From positions 4,014 to 68,013 of IMG/VR virus record IMGVR_UViG_3300042558_000752: a DNA stretch of 64,000 bases; one strand, given 5' to 3'. Position 1 is the stretch's first letter, and each line of letters begins with the position of its first letter. The position numbers were made by a program, and so were the translations under genes. Source of the DNA: a virus. Shown piece after piece: positions 55,826 through 64,000 of the stretch. The notes beneath the pieces were generated by a model. The model ran no database searches. It was not told where the DNA came from and saw only the letters and a list, made by a program, of their open reading frames with translations.

Positions 55826-56923
55826 TTATGTTAACATCTTTAATAGTTCGTTACAACTAAAAAAGTTTTCTTTTAATGCATCTACCTGTTTATTCAGGAT
55901 TGGTAGACGTGTTTTATAATTGGCCATGTGTTCTATAATTAAACGACACAGATCTGGACGATATACAGTGTATGCATCAAAACTTTCAGTCCATCGGCTA
56001 GGATACTTAAAGGTATCAAATGCCATTTCACTGTAGCTGAGTCTATCTGGTACTAATGGTATCGCATCAACAATAGCGCCTTCGTACCAACTGATGCCCA
56101 GTGTTTCTTGTAGGTTGGCGCTAAACACCATCTTTGCTTCGCCTAGCAAATTATGATATTCGTTCTTAGTTAGTTGTTGGTCTTGACATACTACGAATTC
56201 ATATTGTGGTAAGTGTTCTTTTAAGTCACGGAATATTTCAACCTGTTTCTCGGGAGCGATACGATGCGGGAACAAGATAAGATCACGTTTGGGCATGTTC
56301 TTATACATTAGCAATGTATCTGGCATATACTCCATGGGCCACCCTGTGCGTACAACCTTGTTATTGAATACAGTATCATCTAAGACAGTCTTATACATTG
56401 TTTGTCTACGATCCGGATCTGCTTGGATCAAGTTTTCGTAAAACATATGAATATGAAAGTCTGTAGCAAAGTAGTTGTGATCAAATGCGTGATAGAAACT
56501 CTTCTCAGCATTTCTAACCCAAGGCTTATCTCCCACAAGCCGTCCTAAGAAGTCTTGTGGGTCATAACTGCCAGCATGCCATAGGCCATGGGTAGTTACT
56601 GGTATACCTAGTAACTCACTCATGTATTTTAGATTAATGATACCTGGATGCCAAGCATCAGTAAACACAAAATGATCGCCGGGATTAACGGATCCGTTAC
56701 AAAATAACCGACCCATCTGCTCCACTTGACTAGCCTTGTATATATTAGTGCCGCCAAAGTTGAGAAATGCTCCAGGAGTGGTAGCACTAGGAATGTCCGT
56801 AGGACCTGATATAATGTTGACATTGTGTCCTGCCTTTTTAAGCAATGCCGGCACATGAGTTTTCCACTGACCTGTATATCTAGTCTCTACCGCTTCAAGA
56901 TCAATAAGGAAAACTCGTGCCAT
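55826..56923 (-). CDS. GT-B (GT4-like) glycosyltransferase
   Basis: FPHRIAPEK and QETLGISWYEG (E-x7-E) motifs; WHAGSYDPQD. Confidence 0.72.
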   Translation of the reverse strand: MARVFLIDLEAVETRYTGQWKTHVPALLKKAGHNVNIISGPTDIPSATTPGAFLNFGGTNIYKASQVEQMGRLFCNGSVNPGDHFVFTDAWHPGIINLKYMSELLGIPVTTHGLWHAGSYDPQDFLGRLVGDKPWVRNAEKSFYHAFDHNYFATDFHIHMFYENLIQADPDRRQTMYKTVLDDTVFNNKVVRTGWPMEYMPDTLLMYKNMPKRDLILFPHRIAPEKQVEIFRDLKEHLPQYEFVVCQDQQLTKNEYHNLLGEAKMVFSANLQETLGISWYEGAIVDAIPLVPDRLSYSEMAFDTFKYPSRWTESFDAYTVYRPDLCRLIIEHMANYKTRLPILNKQVDALKENFFSCNELLKMLT

Positions 56924-56926
56924 TCT

Positions 56927-57151
56927 TTAACCTCTCTTTTGAAAGTTTGGTCTGTTGCCTTGATATGGACGTCTTGGCCGCTTGCTGGCAAGATACGATC
57001 CATAGTTTTGACTATCTCTGCGATAGAGATCTGCTGGATTAAAATCGCAGAGTTGAATTCTGCACCAATCGTGGTAGGCCTCGAGGTCTTCCCACACCTT
57101 TACAACGTCAGGACGATTTTCAAAGTACCTGTAGTCCTTGTAGTTTTTCAT
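56927..57151 (-). CDS. hypothetical protein
   Basis: 74 aa, basic C-terminus. Confidence 0.55.
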   Translation of the reverse strand: MKNYKDYRYFENRPDVVKVWEDLEAYHDWCRIQLCDFNPADLYRRDSQNYGSYLASKRPRRPYQGNRPNFQKRG

Positions 57152-57162
57152 CTGTATTCCTT

Positions 57163-57558
57163 TTAGTATTTGATGAATGAACCATTTTCTCCGTCTTCGG
57201 AGACCTCAATCCAAACCTCACGGCCTGGATACTTTTGTGAAATAGTGTCGTATAATTCGTCCGACATCATTTCGCAACTTTTATGATCTAGCGACAAAAC
57301 ACCTTGTGCGCTATGATACAGTTGTTCAAGCCACCGCTTGAACTGTATGAATTCCACATCTCTATCATTGTGGGTGACACTAAGCCATACCCTAAAATGG
57401 AAAATATGACGATGAGGATTAGCAAGAAACGATACATCATATTGATCTCCTGTTGCTAGGTTAGGGTCTGTTGCGGCCGCAGGATAGCAGTGAATGCCTT
57501 CCTTTTGAAATGTGACCCAAATCATTTTAAGCGGTCGTTGGTCTTGTCTAATGATCAT
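57163..57558 (-). CDS. QueD-paralog T-fold protein, DpdL-like (candidate CDG decarboxylase)
   Basis: EGIH, LANPHRHIF (LxxxHRHxF instead of the QueD CxxxHGH), SCE, VSEDGENG. Confidence 0.65.
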   Translation of the reverse strand: MIIRQDQRPLKMIWVTFQKEGIHCYPAAATDPNLATGDQYDVSFLANPHRHIFHFRVWLSVTHNDRDVEFIQFKRWLEQLYHSAQGVLSLDHKSCEMMSDELYDTISQKYPGREVWIEVSEDGENGSFIKY

Positions 57559-57935
57559 CGCAGTTGTTCCATGGTAATGATTTTACTTAATGCGTCGCCG
57601 AGATCTTTGTCGTCGGTGACTACGTGTAGACTGTGTCGATTCTCATCGCTCTTACGGTCATACTTGGTAGTTTCGATAATAGTACCACCACTGGCACCAT
57701 ATACACTTAATCTGAATCCTTGAGAATGCAAGTCCGGACCATCGCTGTCTTCAGGAGCATAGCACTCATTGGGTTGACTATCGTTCATCAACCAGTTGCG
57801 AATTCTTTGTTTAATGGTTAGTTTCATAGGTCTTTCTTCTAGGTATGGTCTTGCACGTTTTATTTTATTGGCACCGGTAATTCTAGGAATGCGTCTTTGA
57901 CTAGCTGTCGATGCTACTGCGTATCCACCACTCAT
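57555..57935 (-). CDS. hypothetical protein
   Basis: 126 aa; A.GG.IIE segment; ATGA overlaps. Confidence 0.55.
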   Translation of the reverse strand: MSGGYAVASTASQRRIPRITGANKIKRARPYLEERPMKLTIKQRIRNWLMNDSQPNECYAPEDSDGPDLHSQGFRLSVYGASGGTIIETTKYDRKSDENRHSLHVVTDDKDLGDALSKIITMEQLR

Positions 57936-58465
57936 TTGATAATCTCATCTTTGCCATATTGATCCCAATTAGTGAAGCGATCTCTTCCTAATAGATCCTG
58001 TAGGTTATGACACCACACCCCAGGATTGCTTGCGTTAAAGTCTTTGTCATCTATCTTCAATGTAGCATTGTAACCTAGTTGATTAATGTAAGGTAATTTT
58101 ACACTGATCTGCGGAATAAATCTACGCTTTTCGGTAAGGCCGCTTTCGAGTAATCCTTCTGCTTCGCTGACATCAAAGTCTAGTGTACACCAGAATTCGT
58201 GTTCGCTATCTAAACATACATAGATCATATTTTCCCACGGACGCCACGTTGCAGCATCATTGACGCCTAGAGTTTTAAAACTTTGATTAGCACCAAAATA
58301 GATATGCTCACATTCGTACTTGCTAGCCAGTTCCATGATGGTATATGGATCGTGTACACCTACGACAAACAATGTTTTCATTCCGTAGGCAGGAGTACGT
58401 TCAATTTCAATTCCTACAAAGAAAGTAATAGATTCTTTGACGCCTTCGGTGTATGTTCTTTTCAT
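57932..58465 (-). CDS. hypothetical protein in the dpdA locus
   Basis: FF.G.E.E.TPA.G.KTLFV.G, HIYFGAN.SF, KIDD.DF.A.NPGVW segments. Confidence 0.65.
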   Translation of the reverse strand: MKRTYTEGVKESITFFVGIEIERTPAYGMKTLFVVGVHDPYTIMELASKYECEHIYFGANQSFKTLGVNDAATWRPWENMIYVCLDSEHEFWCTLDFDVSEAEGLLESGLTEKRRFIPQISVKLPYINQLGYNATLKIDDKDFNASNPGVWCHNLQDLLGRDRFTNWDQYGKDEIIK

Positions 58466-58689
58466 AGTTCCAATCCGTTTCTTCTTGCTTCTTGTTCTGC
58501 CTGTGCTTCTTGCATCACTGCGTTGTGCTTGTGTTTAAGTATAACAATATCGTCCTTTAAACGCAACCTCTGTTTCTTCATTTCGTCTATTTTTAGGTCA
58601 TCATAGATGCCAGTTTTCTCCATACTGTCTATCTGTTTGTCCAAAACTCTGTGAGCTTCTTCTAGATGCTTGATTTTATTTTGATACAT
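58462..58689 (-). CDS. DUF465/YdcH-like coiled-coil protein
   Basis: L.E.H..LD.QI...E......MKK.RL.LKD.I pattern. Confidence 0.65.
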   Translation of the reverse strand: MYQNKIKHLEEAHRVLDKQIDSMEKTGIYDDLKIDEMKKQRLRLKDDIVILKHKHNAVMQEAQAEQEARRNGLEL

Positions 58690-58698
58690 GTTAACTCC

Positions 58699-60309
58699 TT
58701 ATTCTACAACCAAACTGTTCAACTCGTCATCGTCTGGATTGGCAAAATCAATTTCGCCTGCTTTCTTACCATCATCGAAATCAAATAAGTTACCAAATGT
58801 ATTAGCAGCAGGACCACCTTGTAAGCGTGAACCTTCTAGTGATTTCAAGAACTGCGCACCAGTTTCAATCATATCAAACGCTTCTGCTTTGGTTTTAGTA
58901 TTGAATAGTTCTTCAACAAACGTACCAAAGTAAAGAATCTTATTCGGAACCCAATCGCTGAATTCAATTTCTTTCTTGCCTTCAATGCTCTTCATACGCC
59001 AGTCCGGAGTGAATCTAGTACATTCGATATCCATCAACTGTTGAGCACGTTGCACGGCCTTGATATGGCATTCTACATTATGCCCCATCATTAGTGCGTA
59101 GCTGAAACTATCCCAACTAGTCTTGTTTGGAATCTTGCCTAGTTTGTTAAGTCTCGGAACTTCCTGATAGTGTTCTGGATTCAAGTGATTAAACTTGACA
59201 TCGCCGAGTTCAGCATCTGTCTTGCGAACACCGTAGTTGTAATATGCAATATCGCCCATGGTCAAACGACTTCCAAACTCACTTTCAAACGGAAACGGAA
59301 TATCAAAACGTCCTGAAAGTGCTTTATTGTCCGGAGCCTTGTCCATGATAACACTCCAACGCTTGTTGGTGTGCTGTGCATTTGTGTATACAAGTCCGTG
59401 AGCAGTAGCAATGAACGGGCTTGCACAGTCGAAGCTGATTGTAAGTTCTGGATTGATATGCTTACGGATTTGACGTTGAATCTGTGTTAGATAACAACTC
59501 CAGTCTAATTGTGCTGTACCCAAGAAGTGAATCCAGTTCTTACCTGTAAGCATGCCTTCGTCACGCATGGTCATTAGACGTTTGAGTGTGATGTCCATCT
59601 TACACATATTAGCGCCACCGAACGCCCATCCTTCTGCTTCTTTTCCTGCAAATGGTCCTTTAGGATCGCTAAACTCTACAACACCACGATACCACTTTTC
59701 CGCTGTGTCCCAATCACCGCCTTGCAGTACGTTAAGCCACTTGGTAGCTCCCAAGCGATTATCTAGAAAGTACTTGTTATTATAACGAGTCTTTTCTAAA
59801 CAGTCTTCGAATGTTTTTAACCCAGTCTTTGGACTGTGGATATGGTCACATGCCCACGTAGGCACGTCTAACATCATACTCCAATCGGCAGTTGCTTCTA
59901 GCCATTCGAGAATCTTTTGACGTGTCTTAGTAGCTTCTACACCTTCGAAGTTCAACCAATCAAATTTAAGAACACCTTTACCGATCTGGTAACCACCAGA
60001 GTCACCTAAGATCATTGTGTTACCACGATCACGCTGTTGTATCATTGATTCCTGATCTTGTGCTTTGATAACATCAAGTTGAGCGTGGCCTGCTGAATAC
60101 AGAGCATACTTATAGGTAAAGTATCCTTGATCTGGATTAAGAAAATTCATTCCTTCAATTCCTTGATCAAACCCTGCAGGAATACGATCCTTTGATACAA
60201 ACTCTTCTAATCGCTGTTTTGCAACATAAGTGGAATAGAAAGAACTAATCGCTGGCAGATATACTGCATAGTCCTTTTGCAATGGTGTTAGATTAACTGG
60301 TGGTTTCAT
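58699..60309 (-). CDS. dpdA: TGT-fold 7-deazaguanine DNA transglycosylase, DpdA-like
   Basis: GDSGGYQ, MMLDVP, NVLQG, GWAFGG, IHFLG and SFDCASPF TGT-family motifs; no Zn-binding CxCxxC as in bacterial tRNA TGT; clustered with folE and queE and next to the clamp and polymerase. Confidence 0.8.
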   Translation of the reverse strand: MKPPVNLTPLQKDYAVYLPAISSFYSTYVAKQRLEEFVSKDRIPAGFDQGIEGMNFLNPDQGYFTYKYALYSAGHAQLDVIKAQDQESMIQQRDRGNTMILGDSGGYQIGKGVLKFDWLNFEGVEATKTRQKILEWLEATADWSMMLDVPTWACDHIHSPKTGLKTFEDCLEKTRYNNKYFLDNRLGATKWLNVLQGGDWDTAEKWYRGVVEFSDPKGPFAGKEAEGWAFGGANMCKMDITLKRLMTMRDEGMLTGKNWIHFLGTAQLDWSCYLTQIQRQIRKHINPELTISFDCASPFIATAHGLVYTNAQHTNKRWSVIMDKAPDNKALSGRFDIPFPFESEFGSRLTMGDIAYYNYGVRKTDAELGDVKFNHLNPEHYQEVPRLNKLGKIPNKTSWDSFSYALMMGHNVECHIKAVQRAQQLMDIECTRFTPDWRMKSIEGKKEIEFSDWVPNKILYFGTFVEELFNTKTKAEAFDMIETGAQFLKSLEGSRLQGGPAANTFGNLFDFDDGKKAGEIDFANPDDDELNSLVVE

Positions 60310-60658
60310 ATTCTCTCGATAGTTTTGCTGTAATGTCTAATTGTTGTCTTGCCTGTTCTAGATTGTCTAGTGCTATTTTAACAGCCTTGTTCTCTTTGGC
60401 CAAGCTCTGCCACATCATTTCTTCATCACGCTTCTTACGTGCCCATTGTATAATGTCTAGCACATCTTGATCTAGGCTTACGGTAGCGTAACTGCTAGAT
60501 ATTGTTTGCCAATTTGATCCGTTAAACACTTCTAGTTCGGTGTTGTGGATACGCATCATCCCAGTCATTGGGTTGCTTGAGTTTGGACCGACATATGGTA
60601 GGGCGGTATTTCCGCCACCAACCGTAATGCCTGTTACGCCTTGTAAACCTTTGATCAT
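60293..60658 (-). CDS. hypothetical protein
   Basis: 121 aa; GMMR......EVFNG..W segment plus coiled-coil C-terminus. Confidence 0.6.
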   Translation of the reverse strand: MIKGLQGVTGITVGGGNTALPYVGPNSSNPMTGMMRIHNTELEVFNGSNWQTISSSYATVSLDQDVLDIIQWARKKRDEEMMWQSLAKENKAVKIALDNLEQARQQLDITAKLSREYETTS

Positions 60659-60660
60659 AT

Positions 60661-61398
60661 TTAGGCAGCTTGTGCTGGGATGATATATTTGTAAGTAGCA
60701 AGTCCGCTATCTAGAGTGATCTGAATAGCACCTTCATTGCTCAACGACATCTTAGTGGTGTTGGTATCTGCAATCTTAAGTATGCTCAAGATTGGCAGCA
60801 CAGGCCAAGTCCAACCACGATCTAGTTTGCCTGCAACGTTTTGCGCAAACACAAACTCACCACCGTGTGTTGATGCATCGCCGAATGTAAATTTAAGATT
60901 ACCACCTTCAGTTTTTGCAAGGAACGTAGGATGCTCTGAGTTCGCACCTGCTTGGAAGTTGAAACGGATCACAGAAGTCACTGAAGGTTCAATTTCTACG
61001 TCCCACTTGACACCACGGAACTTCACAGTCTTCATCTTTTCGTTGATGATTTCTTGATTCATAAAGCGATAATCGTTCTTGAAGTCGCTGTCTTTGTTTT
61101 CAAAATGCAGGCCCACTGGCAAAGTTTCACCATTGCGTTCTGCTGTGGTGATACTGATCTTTGCGCCTTCTTTGTACTCTGCACCTTCTAGCAGATATTT
61201 CAACTTGTTCAGTTGCGGCATACCAAATACACCGATCATATCCGGATAAGGATTAGCAGTTTCTGCTTCCATGATTACTGAACGGTCATCTGCCATTGAG
61301 TTAATAGTTGTGCCTTTGTCTGTACCTGTGACCTTGACTGTGGTCAAGAAGCCTAGATTCTGCGTATGGCTAACGATGTCTTGTAGTATATCTTTCAT
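60661..61398 (-). CDS. putative sliding clamp (gp45/PCNA-like)
   Basis: 245 aa, two-domain alpha/beta pattern, C-terminal YKYIIPA as in clamps, adjacent to the DNA polymerase; AGGAG SD. Confidence 0.65.
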   Translation of the reverse strand: MKDILQDIVSHTQNLGFLTTVKVTGTDKGTTINSMADDRSVIMEAETANPYPDMIGVFGMPQLNKLKYLLEGAEYKEGAKISITTAERNGETLPVGLHFENKDSDFKNDYRFMNQEIINEKMKTVKFRGVKWDVEIEPSVTSVIRFNFQAGANSEHPTFLAKTEGGNLKFTFGDASTHGGEFVFAQNVAGKLDRGWTWPVLPILSILKIADTNTTKMSLSNEGAIQITLDSGLATYKYIIPAQAA

Positions 61399-61421
61399 TA
61401 AGAATTCTCCTGTATATTAAG

Positions 61422-61450
61422 ATTATATTTAGATCTAGAGTAAAAAGCAA
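61422..61450 (-). promoter_or_regulatory. sigma70-type promoter overlapping a TAAATA motif, upstream of the clamp-dpdA operon
   Basis: TTGCTT (61450-61445), 17-nt spacer, TATAAT (61427-61422); CTAAATA overlaps the -10 element. Confidence 0.7.
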
Positions 61451-61457
61451 CCGCAAT

Positions 61458-64000
61458 TTACTCAAAGTCAAAAAGTTTTGCGAATGTATTGTCCGACCTT
61501 GTTGAACTGATGTCCCATTCTAGAACACCAATAAGGTTTCCTAATTTTTCATCTATGACTGTGGTCTCCATTTCTGCATCATTGAAAGGCAGATCTTTGA
61601 ACCACTGTGGCAATCTCAGTTCATCTACAGGATAGGCTACGGAAGTATGTCCCATGGGGTTGTCTTTGATCTTGCACACAATTACTTTCATGCCATCCAC
61701 AATCTGCATGGAGTATTTGTCATCCATCATACGCTTGAGAGTGTTCCAATTCAATGAAGCTCTGACATGTCCGGGCATGTTGGTCTTACCAGCTTTCTTT
61801 TCCTTACTGGCATACTCAGTGATGTTATTGGCACGTTTGGGTGAACCCTTCTCCCAACCTGGTCGAGTTTTAAACTCTGTGCGGAAATCAGTAATATATT
61901 GCAGTATCTCTTCTTTGGTCACACCAGTTAGTGTTTTAGTTAGTACTTCACTCAAGAAGTCTTGTATAACAACCGGGGTATCTGAACGCTTGAGGTCAAG
62001 TCCCATGGCTTTGATCTTGCCTGGCTTGCCTTCTGTGTCTGCTCGTTTACCTTCTTTGTCGTAGTAGAGCACTGCATATCGCTTTTTGGTGATGAACAAT
62101 CCTTTGCTTGCAACAATTTCGCGACCTGCTTTGATGACCTCAGCTCTGGTTCTAGGGACATGAAATGCTTCCTGCATGAATTTAACAAATGTGCCATTCA
62201 CCGTTTCTCCTATGGTATCATAAAGTTCAACCACTGATTCTCTATTCCAGGGAATCAGCCCTTTCTCAATGTCTTTTTTCAGGGTAGCATACGCTGAAAA
62301 ATAACAAGAGTCTGTGTCACCGTATATGACCGCTCGACCGATGTGGTCATACTCTCCGGTAATAATTTCATTAACTTTAGATGCCATGTGTTTGGCAATT
62401 TGTCGTCCAGTTAGTGTGGTACTCTGACCAATCCTGTTATCAAAGAATCTACAGCCTGGATTTAAAATCGCACCATAGAGACTGTTTAACAGAATCTTCT
62501 TGACCAACTGTCGCTTGTCCCAGTATTCTTCTTCAATCTTGTTACCAGCTTGGATACATTCTTTGAGCTTGGCCTGCATTTCTTTACGTTCTTTGTACCA
62601 ACGAGCCAACAGTCCCGATATCACTCCTTCAGTTTCATAAGTGAATATGGTACCGTTGGCACTAATCATCCAGGGCTGGTTGCTGTCGAATATAAGATCA
62701 TAAGCCTGTGCCGCACTTAATGTATCAGAACCACCACCTTCCCAGTCAATATTAACTTCTCTACCTACTTCTCGATTCATTACTGCGGAATACTCAAGAC
62801 TACCAAATATACCTTCCCATGCTGACGCAAATGATTTTCCTTTGGCCATTTCTGCAGCAATATAGTCTTTGGTTCCATCCTGTCGTAACTGGCCAACGAT
62901 GGTTTCGGGGCCCATATTCAAAGCCCGAATAGCACTAGGATAGAGACTATTAATGTCAAGAGAGCCAATCCATTCATGTATACCTTTCTTTGGATATGCA
63001 ACGTAAGCACCAGCAGCCTGTGTGTCTCCGTGCTCTTCCATCTTTTTGCGATTAGGAACTATCATACCTCTGCGATGAGCTTCGTTAATAATAGCTTGTT
63101 CGGTTACTGCTACTGCGCCCATGGTGGTTGCTAACAGCACTGTGTTTTCGTGTGCAATTGTATTAGCCAAGTCGATGAATTTTAATTTTCTATCAAGTTT
63201 CTCAAGAAGCATACAGTCATTGATGTTGTATTCGATGAATGTTTTGAAGTCATTGTTGTACAATTGATCCAACGTGCCTTCATATTGTGTTTTACGCTCA
63301 CCTAATTCGTATTCAGCAATTGCATCCAATCGATATGTATGGCGTTCTTCATAGGTATACTTGCGATATAACTCAAGACTGTCTATATGAACACGCCCAT
63401 GGAAGTCATAGGTAGTAGCAGTTTTGCCAAACTTTTCATATTCACGTTTCTTAGGAAAACAATTCCACAGACAAAATCGTCTTGTATCTTCTTTGCTGAG
63501 AACTTTGGTAACACGGTTAACGGTGTATGGAATATCAAAGCCCTCTGAATTCCAGCCACTTAGCACATCCGACTCTTGTATTAGATCCAAGAAAGTATTC
63601 AACATGTCTGCTTCGTTATCAAACAGCATTGTATTGGGAAATTCTTCAACCTGACGTTTAGCCTCTTCCATACTCAACGTCTTAGGAGGAATAGCCAAAC
63701 ATACCATAGTCTGCATCCATTGAAGATACACAGCAATGGCAGTGATTGGCATAAACGGATCATCAGGTGATGCATAGCCACGTTCTGGATCGAAGTCAAC
63801 CTCAATGTCGAAGAATGCTACATTTAGCTTAGGAGCATCTTGATTGAGATAATGATCTTCTAGGCATCGATAGATAGGATTGATGTCTGACTCATAGAGC
63901 CGTTTGTTTGAATGAATAGCAAGTTCTTTGCGATGTTCTTTGACATTTTTTGAACTTACACGACTAAGGGGTTCACCTTTGATGGATTGGAACTTACCTT
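61458..64000 (-). CDS. family B DNA polymerase (gp43-like), 5' end beyond the window
   Basis: DINSLYPS, KILLNSLYG, YGDTDS, KKRY; the frame stays open upstream of the track start (63752) to the window edge and includes ExoI FFDIEVD; ExoII WNSEGFD, ExoIII YNIND. Confidence 0.96.
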   Translation of the reverse strand, partial: GKFQSIKGEPLSRVSSKNVKEHRKELAIHSNKRLYESDINPIYRCLEDHYLNQDAPKLNVAFFDIEVDFDPERGYASPDDPFMPITAIAVYLQWMQTMVCLAIPPKTLSMEEAKRQVEEFPNTMLFDNEADMLNTFLDLIQESDVLSGWNSEGFDIPYTVNRVTKVLSKEDTRRFCLWNCFPKKREYEKFGKTATTYDFHGRVHIDSLELYRKYTYEERHTYRLDAIAEYELGERKTQYEGTLDQLYNNDFKTFIEYNINDCMLLEKLDRKLKFIDLANTIAHENTVLLATTMGAVAVTEQAIINEAHRRGMIVPNRKKMEEHGDTQAAGAYVAYPKKGIHEWIGSLDINSLYPSAIRALNMGPETIVGQLRQDGTKDYIAAEMAKGKSFASAWEGIFGSLEYSAVMNREVGREVNIDWEGGGSDTLSAAQAYDLIFDSNQPWMISANGTIFTYETEGVISGLLARWYKERKEMQAKLKECIQAGNKIEEEYWDKRQLVKKILLNSLYGAILNPGCRFFDNRIGQSTTLTGRQIAKHMASKVNEIITGEYDHIGRAVIYGDTDSCYFSAYATLKKDIEKGLIPWNRESVVELYDTIGETVNGTFVKFMQEAFHVPRTRAEVIKAGREIVASKGLFITKKRYAVLYYDKEGKRADTEGKPGKIKAMGLDLKRSDTPVVIQDFLSEVLTKTLTGVTKEEILQYITDFRTEFKTRPGWEKGSPKRANNITEYASKEKKAGKTNMPGHVRASLNWNTLKRMMDDKYSMQIVDGMKVIVCKIKDNPMGHTSVAYPVDELRLPQWFKDLPFNDAEMETTVIDEKLGNLIGVLEWDISSTRSDNTFAKLFDFE

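Noticed and set aside
57163-57558. Calling this gene canonical queD
   Set aside because: It lacks the catalytic CxxxHGH motif, having LxxxHRHxF instead.
58699-60309. Calling this a tRNA-guanine transglycosylase (tgt)
   Set aside because: No Zn-binding Cys motif, and its context beside the clamp and polymerase favours a DNA-acting DpdA.
46173-63654. + strand ORFs opposite the replication/modification genes (for example 48968-49468, 49690-50151, 61654-62064)
   Set aside because: Shadow ORFs with no recognisable motifs opposite clearly real genes.
63752-64000. Polymerase start at 63752 as given in the track
   Set aside because: The frame is open to the window edge and contains the ExoI DIE motif, so the true start is outside the window.
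1-64000. Alternative genetic code (stop-codon reassignment)
   Set aside because: The standard code gives dense, uninterrupted ORFs up to 4603 aa, and TAA, TGA and TAG are all used as stops.

Overview
This window comes from a large T4-like (contractile-tailed) dsDNA bacteriophage genome read in the standard genetic code. I see no rRNA, tRNA, CRISPR array or IS element. It has three blocks. (1) 1-35.7 kb: a truncated gp55-like late sigma factor on the minus strand, divergent from a + strand baseplate/tail operon (gp53-, hub-, gp5-, gp25- and gp6-like genes, a 4603-aa adhesin-like baseplate protein and a set of paralogous fibre proteins). (2) 35.8-45.8 kb: a glycan-building cluster (several glycosyltransferase-like genes, a radical SAM enzyme, an SGNH-like protein and a nucleotide-sugar dehydrogenase). 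(3) 45.7-64 kb, minus strand: family B DNA polymerase (truncated), a sliding clamp-like protein, a 7-deazaguanine DNA-modification locus (DpdA/TGT-like, DpdL/QueD-like, FolE, QueE) interleaved with a GT-B glycosyltransferase, 2OG-Fe(II) oxygenase, MBD4-like glycosylase, phosphoribosyltransferase and HIT hydrolase, then an RNase H/5'-3' exonuclease. The most striking observation is that the DpdA-like protein and the DNA polymerase carry the same C-terminal motif (NTFxxLFDF), suggesting clamp-tethered, replication-coupled base modification. All product calls rest on motifs recognised by eye and on gene order; no database search was run.
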